Source of the DNA: an uncultured Lachnospiraceae bacterium
GTDB lineage: Bacteria > Bacillota > Clostridia > Lachnospirales > Lachnospiraceae
Reading direction: 5' to 3'
Assembly (NCBI GenBank): GCA_902797155.1
Contig: CADBRW010000066.1
Span: forward strand, 1-43,890
Length of the DNA stretch: 43,890 nt
The notes under the pieces are model-generated. The model did no database searches. It saw only the letters and a program-made list of their open reading frames with translations, and was not told where the DNA came from. The position numbers were made by a program, and so were the translations under genes. How positions within the stretch are numbered: the first letter of the stretch is position 1; each line of letters starts with the position of its first letter. Of this stretch, positions 11,300-22,000 are shown in pieces.

Positions 11300-11307
<8 letters not shown>

Positions 11308-12073
11308 CAAGACGATCAGCTTTGCAAAAAGAAATCTGCTGGAAATGTCCCGCGATCCCTTAAGCTATATCTTCTGCGTCGCATTTCCCCTGGTAATGCT
11401 GGTGATCATGACCCTGGTGAATCAGGGGATTCCGAAGGAAGCGGGACAGACCGTTTTCCGCATCGATAACCTGGCAGGGGGAGTTGTGATCTTCGGTCAG
11501 ACCTTCGTGATGCTCTTTACCGCACTTTCCGTGGCAACGGACAGATCCGGATCATTTCTGACCCGCCTGTTCGCATCTCCCATGAAGAGCAGGAACTTCA
11601 CCAACGGATATATCCTTCCCATGCTGTTGATCGCTGTGGTACAGTCGGTGCTGACTTATGTTGCGGCATTTGTGATCTCACTCATCGTTGGATACTCACT
11701 GAATCCGCTGGGACTTCTTCTGGGCGTAGTGACGACGATCCCTTCGGCTGTGATGTTTATCGCCGTGGGGCTGATCTTCGGAACCATCTGCAACGAGAAG
11801 GCCGCGCCGGGAATCTGTTCCGTCATCATTTCCCTGGGTTCCTTCATCGGAGGAATCTGGTTTGATGCGGAGAAGACAGGAGGTGTGCTCTACAATATCG
11901 CAAAATGCACGCCCTTCATTTACTGCACCAAGGTATCCAGGAGTACGATCAGTATGGAGTTTGGCTTAGAGCAGTTCGTAATACCGCTCATCGTTGTCAT
12001 CTGCTCCGCAGCGGCACTTATGATCCTGGGAGTGGTTCTCTTCAGAAGGAAGATGAAGGCGGACCTCTCTTAG
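11300..12073 (+). CDS. ABC-2 type permease
   Basis: About 6 TMs; RLFASPM motif; overlaps the ATPase stop. Confidence 0.88.
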
Positions 12074-12143
12074 TTGAAAAGCCCCTGAACATACAGTATA
12101 CTTGGAAGTGTCATTACGAGTATACAGTGAGGAGATGCATCCT

Positions 12144-12620
12144 ATGCAGATCAGGGCAAATATCAATGAACGGTTTAACGAGACGGAGCTGCATGTCTGT
12201 AAGAACACCATGGACGACGAAGTAAAGAAGATCCTGGATGAGCTTCATGCCATGTATGATCCGTCTCTTGTATGTACGGACGAGGTGGGGAATAAATGTA
12301 TGGTCCTGCCGGCGGAGATCATAACCTTTTATGCAGAGAAGCAGAAGGTCTACGCGCTGGATAACGCGAAGAAGTATACGCTGTCCCGGACGCTGTCCGA
12401 TCTGGAGAAGGAGCTGGTGACCTTCGGCTTTGTCAGGATCTCGAAGTCCGAGATCGTGAATATCCGAAAGATCCGAAGCCTGGACCTGGGTCTCACCGGA
12501 ACCATCCGGGTCATCATGAAGAACGGATATGAGACCTACAGCTCCAGAAGAAATGTGGCGAAGCTGAAGGAGCTTCTGCAGAACGTAAAATCCGGAAAGG
12601 AAGGAGGGATGAAGGCATGA
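12144..12620 (+). CDS. Stand-alone LytTR transcriptional regulator
   Basis: FVRISKSEIVNI and SSRRNV LytTR motifs, no receiver domain; GAGGAG RBS. Confidence 0.88.
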   Translation: MQIRANINERFNETELHVCKNTMDDEVKKILDELHAMYDPSLVCTDEVGNKCMVLPAEIITFYAEKQKVYALDNAKKYTLSRTLSDLEKELVTFGFVRISKSEIVNIRKIRSLDLGLTGTIRVIMKNGYETYSSRRNVAKLKELLQNVKSGKEGGMKA

Positions 12621-13093
12621 AAGAAACAGTGAAAATGATACTGAAACGCGGAGCCGTCAGCTTCGCCCTCTCGGCCATCATCGGACTCCTGGTAAATCTG
12701 ATCGTGGACCTGATCGTGAATTCGGCCGGCAATACCGGCTTCATCTCCATGCCTCCGGAGGCCAGAGCCCTGTTCCCGACACCGGCCATCGCTGCCTATG
12801 TAAATGTACTGCTGTATGGAGCCATCGGTGCCACATTTGCCATGATGACATTCCTCTTTGAGATCGACAGACTTGGATTCCTGATCCAGAGCATCCTGTA
12901 CTTCATCCTGACGGCCATGGTTCTGGCGGCGATCACCGTCTTCCTCTGGCAGCTGCACCGCCATCCTCAGGCCCTGATCCCGACCCTGGCGGGGTACGCC
13001 GTTACTTACTTCATCATGTTTATCACCCAGTACAGGGAGCTGAAGAAGAATATCCGTGAGATCAACCGGGATCTTATGTCTGCCGAGGGGTAG
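12617..13093 (+). CDS. DUF3021-like membrane protein (LytTR partner/inhibitor)
   Basis: Four TMs, C-terminal IREIN..L; ATGA-coupled to the LytTR gene, the usual LytTR-DUF3021 arrangement. Confidence 0.7.
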   Translation: MKETVKMILKRGAVSFALSAIIGLLVNLIVDLIVNSAGNTGFISMPPEARALFPTPAIAAYVNVLLYGAIGATFAMMTFLFEIDRLGFLIQSILYFILTAMVLAAITVFLWQLHRHPQALIPTLAGYAVTYFIMFITQYRELKKNIREINRDLMSAEG

Positions 13094-13099
13094 CAACGC

Positions 13100-13190
13100 C
13101 GACAGTCAAAACATCAGGTGCTTTAAGGCGCGAGCCTGGCCGAGAAAGGTATCTGTGATTGCGGCTAAGCACCTGATGTTTCTCCTGTCG
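13100..13190. other. Intergenic stem-loop (structured leader or repeat element)
   Basis: 15-bp perfect stem AAACATCAGGTGCTT (13109-13123) / AAGCACCTGATGTTT (13167-13181), plus outer CGACAG/CTGTCG pairing. Confidence 0.5.
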
Positions 13191-13210
13191 TCCCCAGTTT
13201 AGGAGAGCAT

Positions 13211-14194
13211 ATGAAAGAAGTGTATACAGCATGCCGCATCTGTCCGAGAAAATGCGGCGTTAACCGAAATGAAAGCACGGGGGCCTGCAGAGTGGGAAGT
13301 ACTCTGCAGGTTTCCCGTGCTGCTTTGCATATGTGGGAGGAACCCTGTATCTCCGGAACAAAAGGCTCCGGAACCGTTTTTTTCTCCGGCTGTAATCTGG
13401 GCTGCGTCTACTGCCAGAATCAGGCCATCAGCCGTGGGAAGGCCGGGAAGCTGATTTCAGCTGACCGCCTTCTGGAAATCTTCTATGAACTGGAAGAGAA
13501 GGGGGCGAACAACATCAATCTGGTAACCGGGGATCACTATCTTCCCACCATAGCCCCGGTTATTGAGCGCGCCAAGACGGAAGGCTTCCGGCTTCCCTTC
13601 CTGCTCAACACCTCCTCCTACATCGAGGTGGATACCCTAAAGCGCATGGAGGGTCTGATCGATATCTACCTTCCCGACTTCAAATACATCCGGGATGAGG
13701 ATGCGCTGCGTTACAGCCGGGCTCCCGGATATCCGGATGTGGCGAAGGCAGCCATCGCCGAAATGGTCCGGCAGCAGCCGGAATGCCGATTTATCTCTGA
13801 GTGTACAGGAACAGATCCTGTGACAGAGGAAAATGTGGCGGAGGAAAAGATGGGAACAGATGATACATCGGTAACGCAGGGAAAGCTCCTTTCCCGCGGT
13901 GTCGTCGTCCGGCATCTCCTCCTTCCGGGCATGCTGATCCAGGCCAAGCTGATCCTCCGCTATCTCTTCGAAACCTATGGGGATCAGATCTATATCAGCC
14001 TGATGAGCCAGTACACCCCGGACCACGAATTGCTGAAGGAACATTTTCCTGAGATCGACAGAAAGGTCACACCCCATGAATACCATAGTCTGATCGAATA
14101 CGCCGCGAAGCTCGGCGTCACAAGAGGATTCATGCAGGAAGGGGAATCCGCCGATGAAAGCTTTATCCCGCCCTTTGATAACGAAGGGGTTTAG
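13211..14194 (+). CDS. Radical SAM protein, PflX family
   Basis: CRICPRKCGVNR, HMWEEPCISG, CNLGCVYC (CxxxCxxC), DIYLPDFKY, VRHLLLPG. Confidence 0.88.
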   Translation: MKEVYTACRICPRKCGVNRNESTGACRVGSTLQVSRAALHMWEEPCISGTKGSGTVFFSGCNLGCVYCQNQAISRGKAGKLISADRLLEIFYELEEKGANNINLVTGDHYLPTIAPVIERAKTEGFRLPFLLNTSSYIEVDTLKRMEGLIDIYLPDFKYIRDEDALRYSRAPGYPDVAKAAIAEMVRQQPECRFISECTGTDPVTEENVAEEKMGTDDTSVTQGKLLSRGVVVRHLLLPGMLIQAKLILRYLFETYGDQIYISLMSQYTPDHELLKEHFPEIDRKVTPHEYHSLIEYAAKLGVTRGFMQEGESADESFIPPFDNEGV

Positions 14195-14217
14195 AGGGGA
14201 TAATATAATATCAATTA

Positions 14218-14247
14218 TTGAAAAAAAAGGCCGATTTTTGCTATAAT
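14218..14247 (+). promoter_or_regulatory. Sigma-A type promoter upstream of the two-component system
   Basis: TTGAAA-N18-TATAAT with extended TG. Confidence 0.5.
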
Positions 14248-14455
14248 CTACTGATAAGCTGGACATGTTATATAATCTTGGTGGTTCAAGCGGTGGGACC
14301 AGACCCAAGATATTGATAAGGGAAAGATATTCAGGATAAGGATCTGATTGAAGTTGGAAAAAACGCAGGGATAAAAGAAAAAAATGCGGAGAAATACTGG
14401 GAGAGATTTGCATTCATCCACGAGTTGATCCTGACCTGGAAAGGGGTATATTAGC

Positions 14456-15079
14456 ATGAAGATAGTGATCGTAGACGACGACAGCCTGGTGGCTGTCTCT
14501 CTGAAAACCATCATAGAAGCGGACGGTGAGACGAAGGTTCTTGCCACGGGAAAGAACGGAGAAGAGGCAGTTGAACTGTACAGGGAGCATAAGCCCGACG
14601 TTCTTCTGATGGACATCCGTATGGAGGGGATGACCGGACTGGAAGCAGGACGGCAGATCCTTCAGGAGGACCCTGCGGCAAGGATCCTCTTCCTGACTAC
14701 CTTCAATGATGATGAATACATCCGGAATGCCCTGGCCATCGGAGCCAAGGGATATATCATCAAGCAGGACTTCGACGGGATCCTTCCGGCTCTCCGGGCG
14801 GTATATGAGGGGCAGTCCGTCTTCGGGGACCAGGTGGTGGACCGGCTTCCGAACCTGCTTTCCGAGGAGAAGAAGGAGTTCTCCTTTGAGGAATACGGTC
14901 TCACTGTCCAGGAGGCGGAGATCGTGGAATGTGTGGCTGACGGGCTCTCCAACCGGGAGATCGCGGAGAAGCTCTTCCTCTCCGAAGGAACGGTGCGGAA
15001 TTATATCAGTACCATTCTCAGCAAGCTGGATCTGAGAGACCGGACCAACCTTGCGATCTTCTATTATAAGAACAAATAA
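14456..15079 (+). CDS. NarL/LuxR family response regulator
   Basis: Receiver VDDD...LMDIRM...K; LuxR HTH GLSNREIAEKLFLSEGTVRNYIS. Confidence 0.93.
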   Translation: MKIVIVDDDSLVAVSLKTIIEADGETKVLATGKNGEEAVELYREHKPDVLLMDIRMEGMTGLEAGRQILQEDPAARILFLTTFNDDEYIRNALAIGAKGYIIKQDFDGILPALRAVYEGQSVFGDQVVDRLPNLLSEEKKEFSFEEYGLTVQEAEIVECVADGLSNREIAEKLFLSEGTVRNYISTILSKLDLRDRTNLAIFYYKNK

Positions 15080-15108
15080 AAGGATCATCAGGGGAGCGGT
15101 AACAGGAA

Positions 15109-16263
15109 ATGGAACGGGCAATCGACAAGTGCATATTGTGCATCTGCACGGTGTATGTGCTCGGACAGAGTATGTTCGGGACGACCCGGATCGTGTCGGT
15201 CTATCTGACACTGGCGGCTGCGGCTGCCCTGATCTGGCTGCTTCCTGCAGACCCAGCGGGACAGAAGATGGGTCGTGGTGGCAATATCCGCCTGACCACT
15301 GCCTTCATCCTCATGGATGTGGCTGCAGCTTTGGTCCTGTTCAATGCGGATTTCTTCTGGCTGCTCCCGCTTCTGGTGTATGACATGCTGTACGGCAGGA
15401 ACTGGCCGGGCCTTATCATTTCGGGCCTGGCGTATGTGAATGCCATCATACTGTCTGTAAATAAGGGGAACCCGGAGGGATTGCTCCTGGGCATCACATC
15501 GGTGCTTATCTTCCTTGCGGTGTGGCTCGCTGCGAAAACCATCCGATTGGCCGAGGCCCAGCGTCAGGTGAAGAAAATGCGGGACGATGACGAAGAGCAG
15601 CGGCAGCAGCTGAATCGTCAGAATGAACAGCTACTGGAGGCAAGGGACAGTGAGGTGGTGACTGCCCAGCTGGCAGAGCGAAACAGGATCGCCAGGGAGA
15701 TCCATGACAATGTGGGACACACCCTGTCCCGTGCCCTTCTGCAGGTGGGTGCGCTGCTGGCCATCCATAAGGAGGAACCGGTGCATACGGAGCTTACCGG
15801 TGTCAGGGAGACTCTGGACAGTGCCATGACCAGCATCCGCTCCAGCGTTCATGATCTTCATGATTCTTCGGTGAATCTGGAGGGAACCGTCCGTCAGATC
15901 GCGGAACCCCTGCAGACAGCATTTCATGTGTCCATAGAGATCGATGCATCCGAGGATATGCCCCGGGAGAAGAAATACGGGATCATCGGGATCCTGAGAG
16001 AGGCGGTCTCCAATATCCTGAGACACAGCCTGAATGACAGCGTGCTGATCAGCATCCTGGAGCATCCGGGCTTCTATCAGCTGGTAGTCCATGATTACCT
16101 TTCTTCGGATGGGACACTGCGTAACGAACCTGTTACGGGACGGGAATCCTCCGGTTCCGGTATCGGTGTTACGAATATGGAAAGCCGTGCCCGCTCCCTG
16201 GGAGGGACGGTCCGGATCACGGAGGACAGCGGCTACCGCGTCTTCGTCAGCATACCCAAATGA
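15109..16263 (+). CDS. Membrane sensor histidine kinase (HisKA_3 type)
   Basis: ERNRIAREIHDNVGH H-box, EAVSNILRH N-box, GIG..NM..R G-box; N-terminal TMs. Confidence 0.92.
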   Translation: MERAIDKCILCICTVYVLGQSMFGTTRIVSVYLTLAAAAALIWLLPADPAGQKMGRGGNIRLTTAFILMDVAAALVLFNADFFWLLPLLVYDMLYGRNWPGLIISGLAYVNAIILSVNKGNPEGLLLGITSVLIFLAVWLAAKTIRLAEAQRQVKKMRDDDEEQRQQLNRQNEQLLEARDSEVVTAQLAERNRIAREIHDNVGHTLSRALLQVGALLAIHKEEPVHTELTGVRETLDSAMTSIRSSVHDLHDSSVNLEGTVRQIAEPLQTAFHVSIEIDASEDMPREKKYGIIGILREAVSNILRHSLNDSVLISILEHPGFYQLVVHDYLSSDGTLRNEPVTGRESSGSGIGVTNMESRARSLGGTVRITEDSGYRVFVSIPK

Positions 16264-16295
16264 TTCATCCGGTGGGTGTTTTTCTCGGAAATACG

Positions 16296-16304
16296 TGCTA
16301 TAAT
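16296..16304 (+). promoter_or_regulatory. Extended -10 promoter for the GGDEF-DHH-TIR operon
   Basis: TGcTATAAT about 40 nt upstream of the GTG start. Confidence 0.55.
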
Positions 16305-16342
16305 AGAAATGTTGCAGATTTCTTTTTTGGGGAGGAAACCTG

Positions 16343-17503
16343 GTGATCAGTTATTACACAACTATCATACTGCTATCCTTGATGTCCCTGGGGATTCTCT
16401 GCATTCTGGTCAAGGAGAACGGCCGTCTTTCCGAAAAGGAAAAGAAAATGTTCTACCTGACCTACGGCCTGATCGCGCTTTCCGCCTTCGCTGAGTGGAA
16501 CGGAATTCAGATGAACGGAAAGGCGGGTATTCCGAAATGGCCGATCCTGGTGATCAAATGCTGCGATTATATTCTGACGCCCATCGCCGGCGGGATCTTC
16601 GCAGGGCAGATGCGGATCCGAAATATCTGGACCCGGATCCTGGCCTTTCTTCTGGTTCTCAATACCGTATTTCAGATCATTTCCCTGTTTACAGGCTGGA
16701 TGGTGACGGTTGATGATAATCATTATTATCAGCATGGTCCCATGTATTCATGGTACGTGGGCGTGTATGTCCTCGTCATCATCATTATCATGATCCAGTT
16801 TATCCTCTACGGAAAAAAATTTCGAAGACAGAACAAATTCTCTCTGTATGCCATAGCCTTGCTGGTGGTTGTGGGGATTCTGATTCAGGAGCTTCTGGGA
16901 TCCGAATTCCGAACCGCCTACATCGCTCTGACTCTTGGAGCCATCCTGATGTTCATCCACACCTCGGAATTCTCCCAGCTTGCCTCTGACGATTTTATCC
17001 AGGAGCAGCAAGTGGCCATCACGACGGATGCCCTGACCGGGGTATTCAGCCGGTATGCCTATTCCAAGACCCTGGAGGAATTGGATGATCAGGGGGTTCC
17101 TGAGGATTTTGTGGCATATTCCATCGATATCAATGAGTTAAAGACCGTGAATGATACCCTGGGACATGAAGCGGGAGACGAGCTGATCCGCGGAGCGGCA
17201 GACTGCATCCGGCGTGTCTTCGGGGAGGAAGGAAAATGTTACCGTACAGGTGGAGATGAGTTCGTGGTGATCGGAACCATGAGCAAGGAGAAGGTGGACG
17301 AGGCCATGCTCCGAATGGAGCAGGAACTGAATGCCTGGACAGGAGAGAAGGTTAAGGAGCTGCGGTTGGCTGTGGGGTATGCCGTCGCCTCCGATTATGA
17401 AGGTCTTTCCGCGGAGAAGCTGGTGGCTGAAGCGGATATGGCCATGTACGAGGCAAAGACCGCATATTATCAGTCTGTGGGCAAGGACAGGAGAAGGCAA
17501 TAA
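16343..17503 (+). CDS. Membrane-bound diguanylate cyclase (~7 TM + GGDEF)
   Basis: GGAGG RBS with GTG start; DALTG, DINELKTVNDTLGH..GD, RTGGDEF, ADMAMYEAK. Confidence 0.9.
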   Translation: MISYYTTIILLSLMSLGILCILVKENGRLSEKEKKMFYLTYGLIALSAFAEWNGIQMNGKAGIPKWPILVIKCCDYILTPIAGGIFAGQMRIRNIWTRILAFLLVLNTVFQIISLFTGWMVTVDDNHYYQHGPMYSWYVGVYVLVIIIIMIQFILYGKKFRRQNKFSLYAIALLVVVGILIQELLGSEFRTAYIALTLGAILMFIHTSEFSQLASDDFIQEQQVAITTDALTGVFSRYAYSKTLEELDDQGVPEDFVAYSIDINELKTVNDTLGHEAGDELIRGAADCIRRVFGEEGKCYRTGGDEFVVIGTMSKEKVDEAMLRMEQELNAWTGEKVKELRLAVGYAVASDYEGLSAEKLVAEADMAMYEAKTAYYQSVGKDRRRQ

Positions 17504-17516
17504 AGGGGTTTAGTTT

Positions 17517-19028
17517 ATGAAACTACATGAATTACTTGCATATAACGATATCGTGATCCAGTGTCATGACAATCCGGACGCGGATGCGCTGGCCTCCGGC
17601 TATGCGCTGTGGTGGTATTTTAAACAGATGGGGAAGACCGCCCGTTTTATCTACCGCGGAAGAACTGCCGTGAACAAGAGTAACCTTCGGATCATGATGG
17701 AGCGTCTGGATATCCCGGTATCCTTTGAACCGGACTTCATGTCGGTACCGGAGCTTCTGGTCACGGTGGACTGTCAGTACGGCGAGAGAAATGTGACGCG
17801 GACCGACGCAGACGTGATCGCCGTCATCGATCATCATCAGGTGACCAGGGAGCTGCCCGAGCTGTCCGAGGTGCGGAGCGGTATCGGCAGCTGTGCTACG
17901 ATCATCTGGGATATGCTCCGGGAGGAGGGCTTCTCTCTGGACGAGGAGAAGAATCTCTCCACGGCCCTCTATTACGGCCTCTACACAGATACCAACCGTC
18001 TGTCCGAGGTTTCCCATCCTCTGGACAGGGATATGAGAGACAGCCTGCTGGTGAACCGAAGCGTGATCACTGAGATGAGCAATTCCAACATTTCCCTGGA
18101 TGAGCTGACCATTACGGGACATGCCATCACGGGGTATGAGTACCACCCGGAGGAGCGGTTCGTGATCCTCAGGACGGAGCCCTGCGATCCCAACATCCTG
18201 GGCGTGATCAGCGATTTCGTAATGGAGACGGATGGGATCGACGCAAGCCTTGCCTATTACGTAAGTCCCTTTGAGGTGAAGCTTTCCGTAAGGAGCTGTG
18301 TAAAGGAGATCCATGCGGATGAGCTGGCGGCCTTCCTGACAGATGGCATCGGAGGCGGAGGCGGCCACATCCTCAAGGCAGGAGGGACCATCCGGCCGGA
18401 GCTTCTGGACGAGCTGGCTTCGAAAAATGAAGATACCTATACCCTGGCGGATCGTATCCTGCTGGAACGAATGAAGGAATACTTCTCCCTGTACAAGGTG
18501 ATGTATGCCAGGGAGACCACCCTGGATCCGGAGGGACTTCGGCTTTATGAGAAGCAGCCACAGGAGCTGGGCTGCGTGAAGCTGACGGATCTGTTCCCGG
18601 CGGGAACCAGAGTGGAGATCCGTACACTGGAGGGAGATGTGGAGATCTTTGTGAAGGAAGAACTTTTCCTCATGGTGGGTCTGGAAGGAGAGGTTTATCC
18701 CATTACAAAGGAGAAGCTGGAGAAGAGCTATACGCGTACAGGGAAACCCTACAGCCGGGAGTTCGAGTACGATCCTACACTGAAGGATACCGTAACGGGG
18801 GAACGGAAGGGAGTTCTAAAGTACGCCATGGGAGTGATCAGCTCCGGCGGTTCACGGATCCTGGCCGGGAAGCTGGATCATTACGTGAAGCTGTTTACGG
18901 CATGGGATGAGGAGAAATACTATTCCGGAAATCCCGGTGACTATATCGCCTGTCGTGAGGATGATCCCCATGATATCTACATCATCCGCGGCAGACTGTT
19001 TCACCGACTCTACAAAGAGATACAGTAG
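17517..19028 (+). CDS. DHH/DHHA1 phosphoesterase with a C-terminal extension of two PGDYG-like repeats
   Basis: HDNPDADA, VTVD, IDHH, GLYTDT, GGGGH..KAGG; C-terminal IRTLEGD...GLEGEVYPI...EKSY and GNPGDYI...IYII...FHRLY. Confidence 0.85.
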   Translation: MKLHELLAYNDIVIQCHDNPDADALASGYALWWYFKQMGKTARFIYRGRTAVNKSNLRIMMERLDIPVSFEPDFMSVPELLVTVDCQYGERNVTRTDADVIAVIDHHQVTRELPELSEVRSGIGSCATIIWDMLREEGFSLDEEKNLSTALYYGLYTDTNRLSEVSHPLDRDMRDSLLVNRSVITEMSNSNISLDELTITGHAITGYEYHPEERFVILRTEPCDPNILGVISDFVMETDGIDASLAYYVSPFEVKLSVRSCVKEIHADELAAFLTDGIGGGGGHILKAGGTIRPELLDELASKNEDTYTLADRILLERMKEYFSLYKVMYARETTLDPEGLRLYEKQPQELGCVKLTDLFPAGTRVEIRTLEGDVEIFVKEELFLMVGLEGEVYPITKEKLEKSYTRTGKPYSREFEYDPTLKDTVTGERKGVLKYAMGVISSGGSRILAGKLDHYVKLFTAWDEEKYYSGNPGDYIACREDDPHDIYIIRGRLFHRLYKEIQ

Positions 19029-19037
19029 GAGGCCTTA

Positions 19038-22000
19038 ATGATAGAGCATTACAACGCATTTATTTCATACCGTCACGCGGAGAAGGATATCAAGGTCGCA
19101 AAGGCGATCCAGAATGATCTGGAACATTTCCATATCCCGGGAAAGATAAAGAAAAGCACCGGAATGAAATCCATCAACCGGATCTTTCTGGATAAGGACG
19201 AGCTGGGCACTGCAAGTGACCTCTCCACGGAGATCGCCTTTGCTCTGGAGCACGCAGACTATCTGATCGTTATCTGCTCCACGGCCACAAAGGAGTCACG
19301 CTGGGTTCCCCGGGAGATCGAGTATTTCCTCAGGAATCATACCAGAAAGCAGATCACCACGGTACTGGTGGACGGGGAGCCGGAGGACGTGATCCCGGAT
19401 ATCCTGAAGTACGAGGACCGTACCTATATGAACGAGAACGGACAGCCCTACACGGTCCGTGTCCCGCTGGAGCCCCTTTCCTGTGATTATCGTCTGTCCC
19501 ATAAGAAGGCGAAGAAGGAAGAACTGCCCCGGCTTGCATCCGCACTGCTGGGATGCTCCTACGATGAACTGATGAACCGCCGCAGACAGTACAAGGTTCG
19601 CCGGCTTACGGCGATCTTTGCGGGCGTCATGGCCGTTGCCGTGGCCTTTGCCGCCTATTTGCTGTACAGTAAGGGGCAGATCCGTGACAACTATGACAAG
19701 GCACTCCGTAATCAGTCCAAATATCTGGCGTATGAATCCATGTCGGCGGATGAAGATGAGCAGCGGATCCTGGCGATTCAGCTGGCTCTGGCCGCATTGC
19801 CAAAGGATAAAGAGGATTCACGCCCCGTCACGCCCCAGGCCATCCGTGCTCTGGTGGATTCCACCTTGTCCTATTCCCCGCGCCGCAACGATACCGTGGT
19901 TGCCACCTGGAATTATGACATGCCTAACAGTATCTCAGATTTCAAGATTGACAGCACAGGAAGAACTCTGGCGGCCATGGATGCCAATGGAAATGTGTCA
20001 GTCTGGAATGCAGGTGATCATTCTGTGATCCTGTCCCTGACGTCCCAGACGGATTCGGCGGATAATATTGCCTTTCTGAATGATTCGATCCTTTTGGTGC
20101 AGAGCCAAAGGACGCTGTTTGCCTACCGGATCCCGGAAGGATCCCAGCTCTGGAAATATGAGAGTGAGGATATGATCACATACTCGAATACCTTTGAACC
20201 GTGGACGGACGGACATGTTTCGGTCTATAACGGCGAGCATAAGGTAATGAAGCTCCGGGTCCAGGATGGTTCCGTAGCGGAGTCCTGTGAATTCACCACG
20301 TCCAATGACCTGATCTCGGATGTTCATGTTTCTCCGGACGGAACTAAAATTGCTTATATTAAGGGTAATTTCGAGGATTCCACCGCCATTTGCGTATTTA
20401 ATATCAAGGACAAGACCACGAAGGAGATGAAGGTCGATGCTCAAAGGGTCAGAAATCTCTACTGGGCGGATGATAAGCACCTGATGGCCGCCTATCCCAC
20501 GGGAGAGGATAGTGGCAGCATGGCAGTGCTGGGGATCTCCTATCTGAAGACGGACTACAGTAAGATCCTCTGTATTGATCCGGATGCCATGACAGCAGTG
20601 TGGAGTAAGGATTTTGACTGTACGGACGTCCTCATCAACAGTGATTTCATGGCACTTCCAAAGACGGAATCCATTGCGTACTACTCAGGAAATCATGCGG
20701 TCATGTACGGGATCAGTGACGGCTCTGTTGTAGCGGATCATCACGTGAATTCGCCTATTGTGAGCATCAGTGACTATGACGGAAACGGCTGGCCGCTGTA
20801 TGTATGCTACAACGGGTCCATTGCCATGCCGACGACAAAGGTGATCGCCAAGGTGCAGCCGTGTATGATCAACAAGGTTTCACAGGCAGCTGTAGGAAAC
20901 GGAGTCTTTGTACGGTCATCCAACTCTTCCCAGATCATTCATTATCAGACAAATGTATATGATAATGAGTGGATGGAGATCACAAAGGGAAAGGAACTCA
21001 GTTACTTCTATAACTGTATGCTTCTGGACGACGGGGTTCTGGCCATGGTAAGTGAGGAAGAGGCGGAGGAGTTTCCGAAGATCGCAAAGGGGATCTCCGG
21101 CAAGTTTGATATGCTCACTTTGATCAACCCCATGACCGGTGAACTGCGGTACCAGATGCCGCTTACGAAAGAAAACGGAGAGAGATATTCCATCGGAAAC
21201 TTCCAGCTGATCGGTTCGGCAGGTGATTTCTTCTATCTCGGACGTACTGACTATGACGAGGGCCAGTATGTACTGTTTTCGGTTAATCTCGGTACGGGAG
21301 AGCTGACAAGAAAGAATCTGTTCCAGACCACCGTACCTGCTGAGAACAGTGTACGGGTGCAGAACGGAAAGCTGATCTATACGGAAGAAAAGGATTACCG
21401 GCGGACAGTATATGTATATGACCTGGCAACAGGTACATCCCAATCGGTCCTGATCTCCGAGGATAAGTTGGTTGGCGGCTCCTATACAACGCCGTTTTAC
21501 TTCTCCGGTGCAGACAAGGTTTACTTTACGAACAGTGAAGGGGACTGGATCATAGATATGAATGAAAAGAAGAGTCTGGAGGTGATCCTTTCCGAGAGCT
21601 GGGAGAAAACAAAGCTGGTGGCGTATGATGCGGGAAATGACAGATTTGCCATTACAGACGGAATCAGTATCCGCTTTGTGGAGAGTGACGGAAGATGTGA
21701 GATCTCCTTCCGCTGTCCAGGTGCGGTGCCCATCGGAATGACATACTATACGCCGAAGAACAAGGAAGAAGGGACCATGCTGCTGGTGGCTTTCAGTAAT
21801 GGGGTCCTGAACAGGTATGATGCGGCAAGCGGAGACTTCATTGGAAAGACAACTCTTACCTGCATGAATTCGGATGCTCAGGAGGCGAAGTTTGATTTCT
21901 CTTCCTCAGATCAAAAGTTCTATGTAGAGGTTTCAGGCATCACGGATGTCTTCGATCTGGAATCCTGGACCGAGGAGACCAGTGTCCAGAATTCCATCGG

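Noticed and set aside
13100-13190. TPP or cobalamin riboswitch
   Set aside because: AGGTGC and ACCTGAT words are present but simply pair with each other; the conserved CTGAGA and AGGGAA/GCCACTG cores are missing.
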